A stretch of 64,000 bases of DNA, taken from contig OX597840.1 in the NCBI GenBank assembly GCA_951406725.2, forward strand, positions 16,864,001-16,928,000. Reading direction: 5' to 3'. How positions within the stretch are numbered: position 1 is the first letter of the stretch; each line of letters starts with the position of its first letter. Shown in pieces: positions 13,535 through 27,774 of the stretch. Under the pieces are notes generated by a model. It did not search any database, was not told where the DNA came from, and worked only from the letters and a program-made list of their open reading frames with translations. This DNA comes from Octopus vulgaris (Eukaryota). The position numbers and the translations under genes were made by a program.

Positions 13535-13790
13535 TGTTCACACCTGTCAATGCCGTGTATGCCAAAAAGTCTGCAAATCTAACGGGGGCCTTAAAAGACA
13601 TTTTAAGATCCACACTGATCAGAGCTTAACTGTAGTTCTTCGTCGTCCAAATCAGATATACAATCTATGTGGGTATTTTCTGAAAACGTTGTATGGTTTT
13701 AAAAGCCACATCATGCTACATCTCAGGTGTAAGTACAAGAGGTGGTCAGACTTTGCATAAGAAGGAGACAACCACCATGTATGTATTTAA
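13535..13790 (+). mobile_element. Probable RTE-type LINE 3' end with C2H2 zinc-finger motifs
   Basis: CRVCQKVCKSNGGLKRHFKIH plus a degenerate second finger (LCGYFLKTLYGFKSHIMLH); terminal stem-loop GGTGGT...ACCACC followed by ATGT repeats. Confidence 0.55.
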
Positions 13791-13844
13791 ATATACACAT
13801 CGTACACATGCATATATTCACATACATACATAACTAAATGGTCA

Positions 13845-14135
13845 GGCCCTTCGTCAGTTGCAACAACGAGTGCTCCAGTAAATACGATCTGCCGAACAGC
13901 CCCTGCTCATGGAATTAACTCCACAACCACGAGTATCCTTAATGTAGTTCTCATGCAGATTCAACGCGACACAGAATGTGACAAAGCCTGCTCTTTGAAA
14001 TACGGACACAACTCATTTTTGCCAGCTGAGTGGGCTGGAATGATGAGAAATAAAGTGTCTTTCTCAAGGACACAACACAACGCCTAGAAACGAACTCATG
14101 GCTTTACGATAACACTAGTCAACTAACCACGAGTC
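13845..14135 (-). mobile_element. tRNA-derived SINE (group D), degenerate
   Basis: CAACTCATTTTTGCCAGCTGAGTGGGCTGGAA..GAAATAAAGTGTCTTTCTCAAGGACACAACAC core shared with 18550-18620. Confidence 0.65.
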
Positions 14136-14166
14136 TTCACTACATAACAACAAACACACACACACA

Positions 14167-14211
<45 letters not shown>

Positions 14212-14824
14212 CAGAGGCGACTCCGGCACTCGGGTTACTCGGGCTTTGGCCGTGTATAAATTTAGTAAAGTGAACGTATATTTTTAAGCTGATTTAATTT
14301 CTACCAACACCGACTTCAAGTATGTAATTTCAGCCAATAACTCAGACTCATTTTATTGAGTCTGGTTGCAGTTTCTTTATTTTCATTCAGCGTCTGGCGA
14401 TCGTCTTAGAGGTGCCCCGTATCAAAAAATATCATTCGTAACAGACGTTCTCTAGACATCGTTCACATCTGCCTGACTCGGGCTCAGAAGCTACAGCCCG
14501 AGTTATCTATAATCGTAAAAATAATTCAAATTCAATTATTTCATGAAACAATATATTTCTATAGAGATTAGGATTTAAATTCCAATCTATGAAAAGTTTC
14601 CGTTCTACAATATTCTTAAAGGAACTAAAAATTATCCAACAACTCGGGTTAATACGAACGAGCTTGGCAGGTGTAACAGACTAACTGGCATCTCTTGTCA
14701 AGAGGACAGGCGACAGTCAGATCGCTGATGTTTGTTGTGCATTCTGCTTTCATTATTTGATTGCTGTCATTCTGTGCGTCTGTGTGTAAAGATCAGTTGT
14801 TTTATTTTTACCCTTAACTTAGAA

Positions 14825-17240
14825 ATGAAGAAAAACATAGTACTAGATATAAAAAATAAGCCATTTAGGGCTAGAAATATTGTGGAAAAACGTAATATTC
14901 TTTGAGCAAGTAGGCTGACTCCCTCATTGAAAACTAAAGTTGGAACTCGAACATTTCAGATAAATGAACAGACTGATTGGCTTTGTGCAAGTAGCGTCAC
15001 AGAGAAAGTCTACTGCCGGCCATGTTTGTTGTCTCAACCAAAAGCTCATCAGTTGTGGTCAGAAGGAGACTATGATAATTATAAAAACATACTGAGTATC
15101 TGTAAGTATCACAGTAAATCAGTGAGTCATTTAAGTAATTATAAAAGCTTGAAGACTTTTGGACTGTACGATAGTGTGACAGTTATTAGTGAGTCTACCA
15201 AACTGGAAAAAGAAAGCCATACCAAAGCAGCTGAAGAAAACAGACAACATTTAAAGCAGTTAACAAATGCAGTGTTATACCTGTGTAAAGCAAGAGTTGC
15301 CTTTACGTGGACATGATGAAGGAAGTCACAGACTTAATAGAGGAAATTACTGTGAACTATTGCAGTACTTTGCTGAAATCGACAGCGTATTTGCTTCTAG
15401 ACTTTCTACTTAAGAGGGGTCGAAACAGTTTTCAGGAATCTCAATTGCAATACAAAATTACCTAATACAAGGGATTGGAAATGTCATCTCTGGTGAAATT
15501 AGAAGCGAAGTTGCTAAAGCTCCGTTTATGTCTGTACAAGCCGACGAAACTACTGACTGCGCAATGCATGTCCAACTGTCGATCATAATAAGATATGTAT
15601 ATGAAGACGAAACATGTGAACGATTTCTTGGATCCTATGAAGTCAGTGATGATAAAAGTGCTACAAGACTGGCTGATGTGATCGCAACTACGTTGAGCTC
15701 TTTCAGTGACGCTACAGATAAATTATTGAGCCAGACTAAACGGAGTACAGAGCAAGCTAAGGGATAAAGGGCTTAAACACGCGCATTTCATTCACTACTA
15801 TGCGAGAAGGTGAATGGAGTAAAAATGTTGTTTTTTTCCTCATTTACGTGCATTTAGTAAATGAATATCTTCCAGTACCAAGCGGGAAAACGTATTCAGA
15901 CATTTTAATGTCAGTATTCCATCACTGTGCAAAACAAGATTATGCTATAGTTCAAGAACTGTGTCATCCATAAAATTATTGCATGAAAACTTGAAAAATG
16001 CCTTCACAAATATTCTAGGCTCTCGGGATGAAGAAACACTTTGTCAAACAGACAAAGTTGAATGATTTCACATTCATGTTTTTCATCAATTGCTTTCATA
16101 ACATACTTTCTCAGGCTGGAAAAATCTTTGATATCCTACACTGTAAGCTACTCGACATGGTCAGAGTAAACAAAATGGCTTCATTCATTGTGTTGAAGGT
16201 TATCGTAAGGACGAACATTATAAAAACATTCACTGAACAGGCAGATGAGTCCGATCCTTCTAAAAAAAGAGTTAGAGGTGCACAAATTAATTACAAAACT
16301 ACCCATTTTGAAATAATTGAAGGAGTAGCTGTGTTGCTTACGAACCACATGGTTCCGGGTTCAGTCCCACTGCGTGACACCTTGGGCAAGTGTCTTCTAC
16401 TATAGCCTCGGATCGACCAAATTCTTGTGAGTGGATTTGGTAGACGGAAACTAAAAGAAGCCCGTCGTATATATGTATATTTATATATATATATGTATGC
16501 GTGTGTATATGTTTGTGTGTCTGTGTTTGTCCCCCCAACATCGCTTGACAACCGATGCTGGTGTGTTTACGTCCCCGTAACTTAGCGGTTCGGCAAAAGA
16601 GACCGATAGAATTTGTACTAGGCTTACAAAGAATAAGTCCTGGGGTCGATTCGTTCGACTAAAGGCGGTGCTCCAGCATAGCCACAGTCAAAATGACTGA
16701 AACAAATAAAAAAGTAAAAGAGTATTCTAATGTCCTTACGAGAGAGAATGTCTTGCATTCGGGAGTACGCATTCTTTTGAATTACTAGACGTTAATAAGC
16801 TTGAAGAGTTTGCTAACTCGTTTCCCATGCAACACAAGGACTCTCGAGAAAACAAGTATCCCTGTATGTTTGACTGTAAGAGCTTAGTGAACGAGCTTAA
16901 ATATATGTATGTTGACAGTGGTTTCAAAAAGGACAAGTCAATTAACTCCATTTTAGAATTACTGTACAAATTGGAGTTGACTTCCGCTATGCCGGAATCC
17001 ATTAAACTAATTAAGCTAGTGTTGACCATCTCCTTAACATCAGTCCCTAATGAGTTTTTCAACGTTGGGTAGAATCCGCTCATATCTGAGAAACCCAATG
17101 GCCCAAGAACGGCTATCTTCACTGGCTCGTATTTCCACCGAGGAAAGCATTTTGAGCGGCTTGGACAACAAGAAGGAGCTAAGGATATTAACGAGTTGGC
17201 CATGAAACCAAGACGTCTGAAGTACGTGTATAAACGAAGT
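14825..17240 (+). pseudogene. hAT transposase pseudogene (TTF-type Zn finger, DUF4371/ZMYM1-like, hAT dimerisation domain)
   Basis: WLCASSVTEKVYCRPCLL; RGHDE..NRGNYCELL; SVQADETTD..QLSIIIRYV..ERFLG; LIKLVLTISLTSVPNE; many stops and frameshifts; split by a SINE. Confidence 0.88.
16321..16722 (+). mobile_element. SINE family A nested in the hAT transposase
   Basis: Near-consensus copy interrupting HFEII(D)|SILMSLRERMS. Confidence 0.9.
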
Positions 17241-17607
17241 AATTTTTTATATTAAAAGTATACTTCTGTTGCATTCTTTCGTTAGAAGCAGCAGATTTGC
17301 TTACTGTTGAATTATCAGTGCACATATAAGTCTGCAGTGTGCATTATGTCTCTTACCTTCTTTTATACATGTGTCTAATGCGAAATCTGTGATGAGCCCG
17401 AGTGTCGCTGATGACCTGAAGTCGCCTCTGATATGTGTGTGTGTGTGTGTGTAATACGTATATATATGTATACATATACATGCATATATATATGTATATA
17501 TACATAAATATATGTGTATATATATAATTGTGTGTATGTATATAAATATATATATATATTTATATATATATGTATACTTATATATATATATATTATATAT
17601 ATATGTA

Positions 17608-17950
<343 letters not shown>

Positions 17951-18404
17951 CAGATAGATAGATGATATGTGTATGTGTTTGTCTATGCAGTCCTTTCCTT
18001 TCGTGTGATTCAGGAGGAGTCGGGTGACAGTATCACCTTGGTCAGTGCGGGGACCACCAAAAGTGTATCATATGCTGGCTAGTATCATCGTTTCCTTTCG
18101 TTTTCTGGTGTTTCCACCCTTCCACTTTTTCCATGTAACTTCTCGTATTTTCTCCTTTTCTTTTGTTCTGTTTTTGTTCTGTGCTCATATATGCCATATG
18201 AGCACATCCTCAAGATTGCATGAAGGCACTAGATGTGTTATAAAATGCTGTCTGTGTCTGCTTCATTGCCTGAAACCATTAGTAGCTCATAAAAATATAT
18301 ACTGTATTCATTAAACAATATTTATCTCTCACCTTATGGAGTACGTTTTGTTGATCTTACCTTCTTGGAACAGTATACTATATATATGGGATTGCACCTA
18401 TAAA

Positions 18405-18796
<392 letters not shown>

Positions 18797-18828
18797 TATA
18801 CACACACACATATATATATGCATACATA

Positions 18829-18862
<34 letters not shown>

Positions 18863-19724
18863 TGCGCACACACACATACACGAGCGAGTTGAAAACGAAC
18901 GAAAGTAGTGCTCAAATGCTCAAAACATTGTGGAACTACGTATATTTAAAAACAGATTGACTCAGCTCTACATTACTTAAAGTTTCGCAGGCGTAAGACA
19001 CATCATCTTAATCAGATGTGTGTGTGTGTGTATTTTAGCGCTGGGTATTGGTCGTCCTCATGCTTCAGTAGAAGACATTTGGCCAAAATGCCATGCAATG
19101 GCACTGAACGCGACAAAATCTACGAAGCGAACTTGTTAACTTCATATTCACTTTAATTTTGTTGTTGTTGTTTCTACTTTTACAGCTTTGCTACTGTGCT
19201 GTGAATATTAAATGTCTTTAAATATGTTTAAGTTTTACCACAAACAGACCAACCTTTATACAAAGACCAGAGTTTATCGAGATTTTCAAAATATTTGGAC
19301 AGAGAGCAGACGGATGTCTTCTCTGGACAGAAAACCAGTCCTGCTCAGGAGTAAAACCAAGATGCTGTTGGTACTCATTTCTAACTGAATGCACCGGTAT
19401 AATACAAAAAAAAGTCCATTACACGAAAAACAGATCACATTGCCCGGGGATCGAATCCACATCTTAAACATCGTAAAAACCAACATCCTAAATATCGTAA
19501 ATAAAAAAAAAACTTTCGCTATGCAATATTCATGTAGTTTTATTGATTTTGAGATGTTTATTGTTGTAATCAAGGAGTGTGTGATCTCCATCATAGCTTA
19601 ACTAATGGACTCTTCTCACTACCGCTCCTCATCTCATTCTATCCTGCTATGTTCCAAATTAAACACCCCACCCTATTATTCCTCCCCTCCACCCTATAGA
19701 TTTCCTCCCTTGTAACTCCTCTCA

Positions 19725-19770
<46 letters not shown>

Positions 19771-20098
19771 CTACATTTAGGCATCCTCTTCCTCATACAC
19801 CCAACAGTTTAGCTTGACCTACAAAAGGTCATGGTTGCTGGGTTTCTTTCTACTCTTATATAGATTAAGTGTAAAATTGCGTACATCTATACATACACAT
19901 ACATACATGCATGCATACATACATACATACATACATACATACATGCATACATACATACGCGCGCACACATACACACACACATAATTATATATATGTATGC
20001 ACTCATACATTCATAATTATATATGCATTCATATATATATCGCACATACATATATATCTACATATACATACATATACATTCATACATACATACATACA

Positions 20099-20144
<46 letters not shown>

Positions 20145-20771
20145 CACACACACAAATACATATTTACGTACCTACGTAACTACATAATACATAGATACAC
20201 ATACATTCGTACATGCATTCATTCATACACATACACACACAGAATTTATATGAAAACACATGCACATAGATAAGAAATACACGCATAAGCACTTCTGCGT
20301 AGACACACACATACATACACAGTGATTACTGAGTCATTATAATGGAAAAATATTGTTGTGATTACAGGATTAGCGGTATATATATTTACAGAAGGGATTA
20401 GGGATTATCTATTAAAGTGTAACACACAGGCATACACGCACACAAACGTACATGTATAGACACACATACAAATATATATATATATGCATATAAATAAATA
20501 CATTTATACACACATATATATATACACACACATACACATTTATGTATTTATATATACACACATATATGTATACACACGTAAATATATATATATGATGTAT
20601 GTATGTATGTATGTATGTATGTATGCATGCATATGTATGGGTATATGTATATATTGATGCATGCATGCATACATACATACATACATACATACATAAATAC
20701 ATACATACATACATACATACATACATACATACATACATACATACATACATACATAGAAATCGACATAGCGG

Positions 20772-20985
20772 AAGCGCGTGACTTAGTGTATCGGCAGTTT
20801 CGCCCATAATCGTCAGATTGTGGTTTCGATTCTCGGATCGGGTGATGCATTGTGTCCTTGAGCAAAACACTTTTCACGTTTCTTCAGTCCAATCAACAGA
20901 CTAAAGTGAGTAATCTTGTGACTGACTGACATCCTACCCAGTGGGAAATACATATACCACAGAATCCGGGAAACCATCCTTATAT
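20772..20985 (+). mobile_element. tRNA-derived SINE (group D), degenerate
   Basis: GTGACTTAGTG...GGTTTCGATTC...TTGTGTCCTTGAGCAAAACACTTTTCACGTT. Confidence 0.65.
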
Positions 20986-21009
20986 ACCACTAGCAAGTTG
21001 ATGAATTGC

Positions 21010-21795
21010 TGCAGTCTCTAACGGTCGAGGGTCCATCATTGGCAAGACCAAAGAAGGTCGAAAGCAAGTTATCTAGTGGTCTCGGCGCTGGAGATGGTGG
21101 ATATTTATCGCCATGCTAGCAATATAAACAATAGTGCCACTGCGCCTACACTAGTCATTCTAATAGAACATCCACGCTTGAGTAGGCATAAATAGAAACG
21201 TTTGCGCGCTGGGCGAAATGCTTAGCGGTATTTCGCCTGTCGTTACGTTGTGAGTTCAAATTCCGCCGAGGACAACTTTGCCTTTCATCCTTTCGGGGTC
21301 GATAAATTAAGCACCAGTTACGCACTGGGGTGGATGTAATCGACTTAATACCTATGTATGTCCTTGTTTGTCCCCTCTATGTTTAGCTCCTTGTGGGTAA
21401 TAAAGAAATAGGTATTAACACTGCCTCTGTCACTAATATATATATTTTTTAACAAGCTAAATGGCTAATCGTGACACCAACGCCTCTTCTGGCACTGGTA
21501 ATCTATATATTGCCGGCAGGGAGATGGAGTACTGCTCTCTCTAGCGGTCGAGTGTCCATCATTGACAAATCAAACAAAATCGAAACCATGTGATCTGGTG
21601 GTCTCGGTGCTGGAAATAGCAAGGATTTATCTCTCCACTAACAATATAAACAAGAATGCATTTTGTACCAAAAGTTGATATGAGAGTTTCTTCCATGATA
21701 TGAGAGTTTCTACCGCAGTATAGTTTGTTCTAACATAACATCCACGTTTAAGTAGGCATAAATATTAAATCTGCCTCTATCGGTAATATACATGT
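21010..21795 (+). repeat. Tandem ~310-bp unit with a degenerate hammerhead-like motif, first unit split by a SINE
   Basis: CGGTCGAG(G/T)GTCCATCATTG...GTGGTCTCGG(C/T)GCTGGA...CAATATAAACAA...AACATCCACG...AGTAGGCATAAAT present twice. Confidence 0.75.
21194..21414 (+). mobile_element. SINE family B (tRNA-like head, CTTTGCCTTTCATCCTTTCGGGGTCGATAAA core)
   Basis: GAGTTCAAATTCC B-box; core shared with about 12 copies; tail TTGTCCCCTCTATGTTTAGC..GTGGGTAATAAAGAAATAGG. Confidence 0.88.
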
Positions 21796-21898
21796 TGCAT
21801 AATATCCTCACCTTTCTGATGCTAGACTAGTGCAAGGCTTTATATATAATAAGAAAAAGCTGAGTACACATATCTCTCTCTGTCTCTCTCTGTCTCTC

Positions 21899-21932
<34 letters not shown>

Positions 21933-22808
21933 GATATTAAAGAATATGCTTCATGGAAGATAAAGTGAACGCAACAGAGATTCTATAATATCAGAGCAAG
22001 TGGTTACTCCAGCATTAAGTTTTTTAACCCATCAGGTTAGTATATTGCAAATTGCGCATTTGCCACTAACTTCAAACTTGCAGAGATGAAATTTATTTAT
22101 TCCATGTCACGTTTAAATAAATCACAACATGCTACTAGACATACGCATGCGTATGTGTCATGGTTTAGTGATGTCTGTAAGCAAACATACGACAAAATAT
22201 TGTCATAGGCACGGTATTGACTACCTTGACTTCAGCTGCCTTTCAACAAGTTGTAACAGTTCTCGCCTGGTGATTGCAATGACGTGAAAGTCAAATCTTC
22301 AGTTTTAAAAAATTATCTGCGTACACACAGCCATACATGTACACACACACACATGCATGTATGTACACAGCTGAATATATGTATATAGGCATACACTTAC
22401 AGACACACCTGCATACATACATAATACATACATACATACACACATACATACATACGTACATACACACATGCAAAACCTCTCCACCTGAAATTCTTATGTG
22501 AATAGATACGCACACATATTTACAAACTCCGGAAAAACAGAAAGTTTCGTCGCATTGTTACCGAGCAGCACCAACTCTCTCTTGGTGGACTGAAAGAGTA
22601 CTTTAAGAAAAACATATATACATGCGTACTTACATATACGTGGTGTGTGTGTGTGTGTGTGTGTGTGTGTTGGCTATGTGCGTGTGTGTGCGTGCGTGTG
22701 TATGCATGTATGTTGTGTGTTGTGCGTGTGTATGCATGTATGTTGTGTGCATGTGTGTGAGTATGTGTGTGTGTTGTGTGTGTGTGTTTGTGTGCGCGCG
22801 CGCAGGCA

Positions 22809-22844
<36 letters not shown>

Positions 22845-23799
22845 GGCATAGGTGTGTGTGTATGTGTGTGTTGTATGTGTGTGTGCGCGTCTCTGTGTAT
22901 GTTATGTGTGAGTATGTATACGTACGTGTGTGTGTGGGTGTGGGTTTGTACGTGTGTATATTGTGTGTTGTGTACGTGTATGTATGTGCGTGAGTATTGT
23001 GTGTTTGTGGATGTGTGCAGGTGTGTATGTGTGTGTGCATGTGTGTGTGCATGTTTTGTGTGTGTAATGGAGGAAAGTTTAAGCGTATTGTTTCAATTAG
23101 ATGAAATTTCCCCGAGCGCAATTTAAAAGAACTTATAGCTTTGAAGATACGTGGGAAGTAATGATGGTGAGCATTTGAAATCCTGTGTAGAAAATGACAA
23201 TGAATAGCGGAATATAATTTAGGAAAACGGTTAATTTACGAAATAAGGGCTAAAATAATACAAAAAAAAAGAAGAAAGAGCAAACGGATGGACCCTAAAG
23301 AGTAAATATGAAGAATTTACGGTAATTGGAAACTGAGAAAAATCGATTTGCTAAGGGTTAGTAGGTGTCCGTCGATGAATAAGGAAGTGAATTGGAATAC
23401 GGCGAGATGTAACCGTTGTGAGTGATTCACGTAAGAGAGAAAAATCACACAAAATTAAGGGATATTAAATAAATAGATCTATCAGTAAATATATAATAGG
23501 GTTGATTATAGTAGTAACTTGAGTTGAAAGTTTAGTGTTGAAGGATTATCAGAAGGTAAAAAATAAAAGTATGAAGGAATAGGAAATAATTGGACTTTTA
23601 AGATTTTTAAGGTGAGTTAGAATGAAGGTGATTTGCACTGCTATTAAAAGGTCGCTGTTTATGGAATTATCGAGAAAGGAATATAAAAGGGACCGGGGTG
23701 GACGAGGGAGGGAAATTATAACGAACAGAGATATTCATAAAATAAAGGAATGGATAAGCAAACATACACAATATACGATCTGTTTATCTATCTATCTCC

Positions 23800-23873
<74 letters not shown>

Positions 23874-23971
23874 ATGTGTGTGTGTGTGTATTTATATGTG
23901 TGTGTGTGTGTGTATGTATATGTATATCCCCGACACTACCTTGGTGCCTTTTTAAAATACCTGAAAATAAT

Positions 23972-24062
<91 letters not shown>

Positions 24063-24092
24063 TATTGTATATATATATACAATATATATATA

Positions 24093-24133
<41 letters not shown>

Positions 24134-24399
24134 GTGTGTGTAAATGTGTGTATGGATGTATGTATGCATATGTATATGGAAATATATTAATATGTATTAC
24201 TTATATGAATGCATAGTATATACTGTGTGTGCGCGCACACGCGTACTTTTATAGATTTCTACTCCTACATACGTATATTCAGACACCTATGTGTGTGATA
24301 AACACTTTCACGTTCTTCTTTTTGTGGTGGTTCGGGTTGGGCGTGGCTCAATATTCGGAATATGATGACGTCCCCGTAGCCCAAGAAGTATTAATGCTA

Positions 24400-24455
<56 letters not shown>

Positions 24456-24499
24456 TATTTATATACATATATACATGCATACATACATACATACATACA

Positions 24500-24530
<31 letters not shown>

Positions 24531-25003
24531 TTATTTGCAAAGTAAACATTAAAAGAGTCAAAAGGAAGAGCAAGTACGGTTACACAGCTTTTCAATGATC
24601 ACTACAAATGTTTCGATTACGGGATTTAAATTTAAATTAAATTAGGTAACCATTTACCTGTATAATAAGACCCCTACCTATCTCCTCGGGCGATATTTAA
24701 TCGTTGTCTGCGCAAGTAAATTTCCATTTCAATGCTATTACATCCATGGCTCCTTTGAATGAGCTCCATTTGTATTCTAATACGTTCTTAACGGAACACA
24801 CCGTAGAAGATATTTGTATGCCATTCAAGAACACACAATAACAGTTACTGTCACTTCAACATTTAATTTTCATTTGTGCCAAAACATTTTCGTCACCTTG
24901 AAACCGCGACCTGTTCACTGACAAAACTTGGCGCTGCATCTCTCTCTCTCTCTCTCAATCTCTCTCTTTATTTCTCACTTTCCCTCTCCCTCTCTCTCTT
25001 TCT

Positions 25004-25055
<52 letters not shown>

Positions 25056-25123
25056 ACACACTACACACACACACACATATATACATACATATATATATGT
25101 ATGTATGTATATATATATGTATG

Positions 25124-25355
25124 AGGCGGCGAGGTGGCAGAAACGTTAGCGCGCCGGGCGAAATGCTTTGCGGTATTTCGTCTGTCGTTACGTTCTGAGT
25201 TCAAATTCCGCCGTGGTCGACTTTGCCTTTCATCCTTTCGGGGGTCGATAAATAAAGTACCTGTTTCGCACTGGGGTCGATGTAATCGACTTAATCCTTT
25301 TGTCTGTCCTTGTTTATCCCCTCTATGTTTAGCCCCTTGTGGGCAGTAAAGAAAT
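25124..25355 (+). mobile_element. SINE family B, full length
   Basis: AGGCGGCGAGGTGGCAGAAACGTTAGC...GAGTTCAAATTCCGCC...GTGGGCAGTAAAGAAA. Confidence 0.9.
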
Positions 25356-25429
25356 ATATATGTATGTCTGTATGTATGCATGTATTATGGGCATGTGTGT
25401 GCATGTGAATGACTGTGTGTGTGCATATA

Positions 25430-26065
<636 letters not shown>

Positions 26066-26067
26066 CT

Positions 26068-26315
26068 AGGCGCATGAAACTAGCAGTTAGGTTGCTGCTC
26101 TTGCGCTCGAGGATTCCATTGTCAATCGCTGATGCGCTGCGTTTTTGAGCAAAACACTTCTTTTAAAGTTGTTCCAGTTCACACAGTTGCGTTCGGTGGG
26201 AATGTTGGCCTACCCACCAAACCAGTGGGGTGGCATCATTCGAAAGTTACAGCAATGCAAAGAAGCAGTATTGTGACCAGCGGGTGGTATATAACAACAT
26301 ACGGTAGTCTAATCG
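26068..26315 (+). mobile_element. tRNA-derived SINE (group D), degenerate
   Basis: TTTTGAGCAAAACAC..GTTCCAGTTCAC core; tail GGGGTGGCATCATTCGAA..ATTGTGACCAGCG shared with 34300-34400 (rc). Confidence 0.6.
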
Positions 26316-27121
26316 ATAGAATTATATATATACATATATGTGTGCGTGCGTATATATATGGATGTATATGTGTATATATGCACACATACATAGGTATGTA
26401 TATATGTATATATATATATATTTACATACGTGTGTATATATGTATGTACATATACATATATACATATATCTGTGTGTGTGTGTGTGTGTATATATATGTA
26501 TGTACATATACATGTGTGCGTGTGTGTGTGTAGTTTTAGTGAAAAGTCTAAGCTCAAAGATGAATTTCAGTATTTTACTAAATATGTTTTGCCATAAACA
26601 AAGCAAGTACTTATCTCCCAGATAATTGCCAACAACACAGTTAATTAATCTACATTACATATTATGATATATAAATGATGAAATATTATTTTATAATTTC
26701 GGTTTCTATTTGACATTTAAGATACAGCAAAGATACATGAATATTTTATACATTCGTGGCACTGTCATGAACAGCTGAAATCGTTGTTTGGCGTAGCAAT
26801 GGTCTTACGTTTATCAAACCATCAATACCACTATCGACTCGGCAGAATATTCCATGTAAATCATTTGGTTAATCCTGTCTAATCTTGGTTAATAAGGCAA
26901 CATTGAGATGATAAAGATATCGGAAAGTTGCCTTGCGGTGGCTGTGGATCAGGAGGTGAGAACACTAGAAAGTGCAGTACTACCAGGATTAGTGCTAGGT
27001 GGACACAGACTGGGGCTCGACCAACCTCGGTTAGGTCACCTCTGCGAGTGTTGTGTGCGTGTGGGTGTGTGCGAGTAGCGAACCATGAGAATGAGTGCTC
27101 AGCACCGCAGTAGTGGATGAA

Positions 27122-27290
27122 GTTGCTTTATTCGTAGATTAAGACTACAATTCTTTTCATGTTAAGAAAGCCTGGTATTCGTCTTCATTGTGGAGGCGAA
27201 CACGGATGTCCTATGAGGTATGCTAGGTAATTGTGAAGGGCTTCCTTAACATGAAACCAATGGTAGCCTTAATCCACAAGTAAAATGTAT
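27122..27290. mobile_element. Small fold-back/MITE-like element
   Basis: ~45-bp imperfect inverted repeats TTATTCGTAGATTAAGACTACAATT..TTTCATGTTAAGAAAGCC / GGCTTCCTTAACATGAAA..AATGGTAGCCTTAATCCACAAGTAA. Confidence 0.6.
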
Positions 27291-27440
27291 GAGACCTGGT
27301 AAGTCAATTACAGCGGATCTATACATCAACGAATTGGATGAAATGATGAGTGAACTTGCAATTAATCAACCGAGTCATGACTTCAGTGATATTAAAAATT
27401 CTATAAGCAATTTCTAATGCCTAATAACTTTCCACCCACC

Positions 27441-27445
<5 letters not shown>
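27289..27445 (+). mobile_element. Mariner transposase fragment and Tc1/mariner-like end
   Basis: MRPGKSITADLYINELDEMMSELAINQP resembles the mariner catalytic-domain segment (PG.SIT..Y..QLDEM); terminal CACCCTGTA-TA. Confidence 0.6.
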
Positions 27446-27483
<38 letters not shown>

Positions 27484-27711
27484 CTTTAGTTTAGTTCAAA
27501 TATGTTTGAGCATATAATTTCCAAGGCCAATTTTATCGCAGTTTACCGCAGAGAAAAATTCTTACCTATGGTAAAAAGTGTGTAAACACCTTATCTGCGA
27601 TACATACACACACACACACAAACGCACACACACACACACACACACACAAACACGCACACACACACACATATATATTTAGGTGTATGTGTATAAACATTTG
27701 TATATACATAC

Positions 27712-27772
<61 letters not shown>

Positions 27773-27774
<2 letters not shown>

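Larger units (their letters stand above)
14212..17430 (+). mobile_element. hAT DNA transposon, both ends present, decayed
   Basis: TIRs CAGAGGCGACT (14212) and AGTCGCCTCTG (17430); imperfect 8-bp TSD ATATATAT/ATATGTGT; subterminal ACTCGGG motifs. Confidence 0.9.

Noticed and set aside
14825-17240. Domesticated ZMYM1-like host gene
   Set aside because: It is bounded by TIRs, has multiple stops and frameshifts, and carries a SINE insertion.
18198-18290. Hammerhead-like TGAGC..CTCAAGA..long stem..GAAAC-CATTA-GTA-GCTCA
   Set aside because: Extra bases between stem I and a mutated core make it too degenerate to count.
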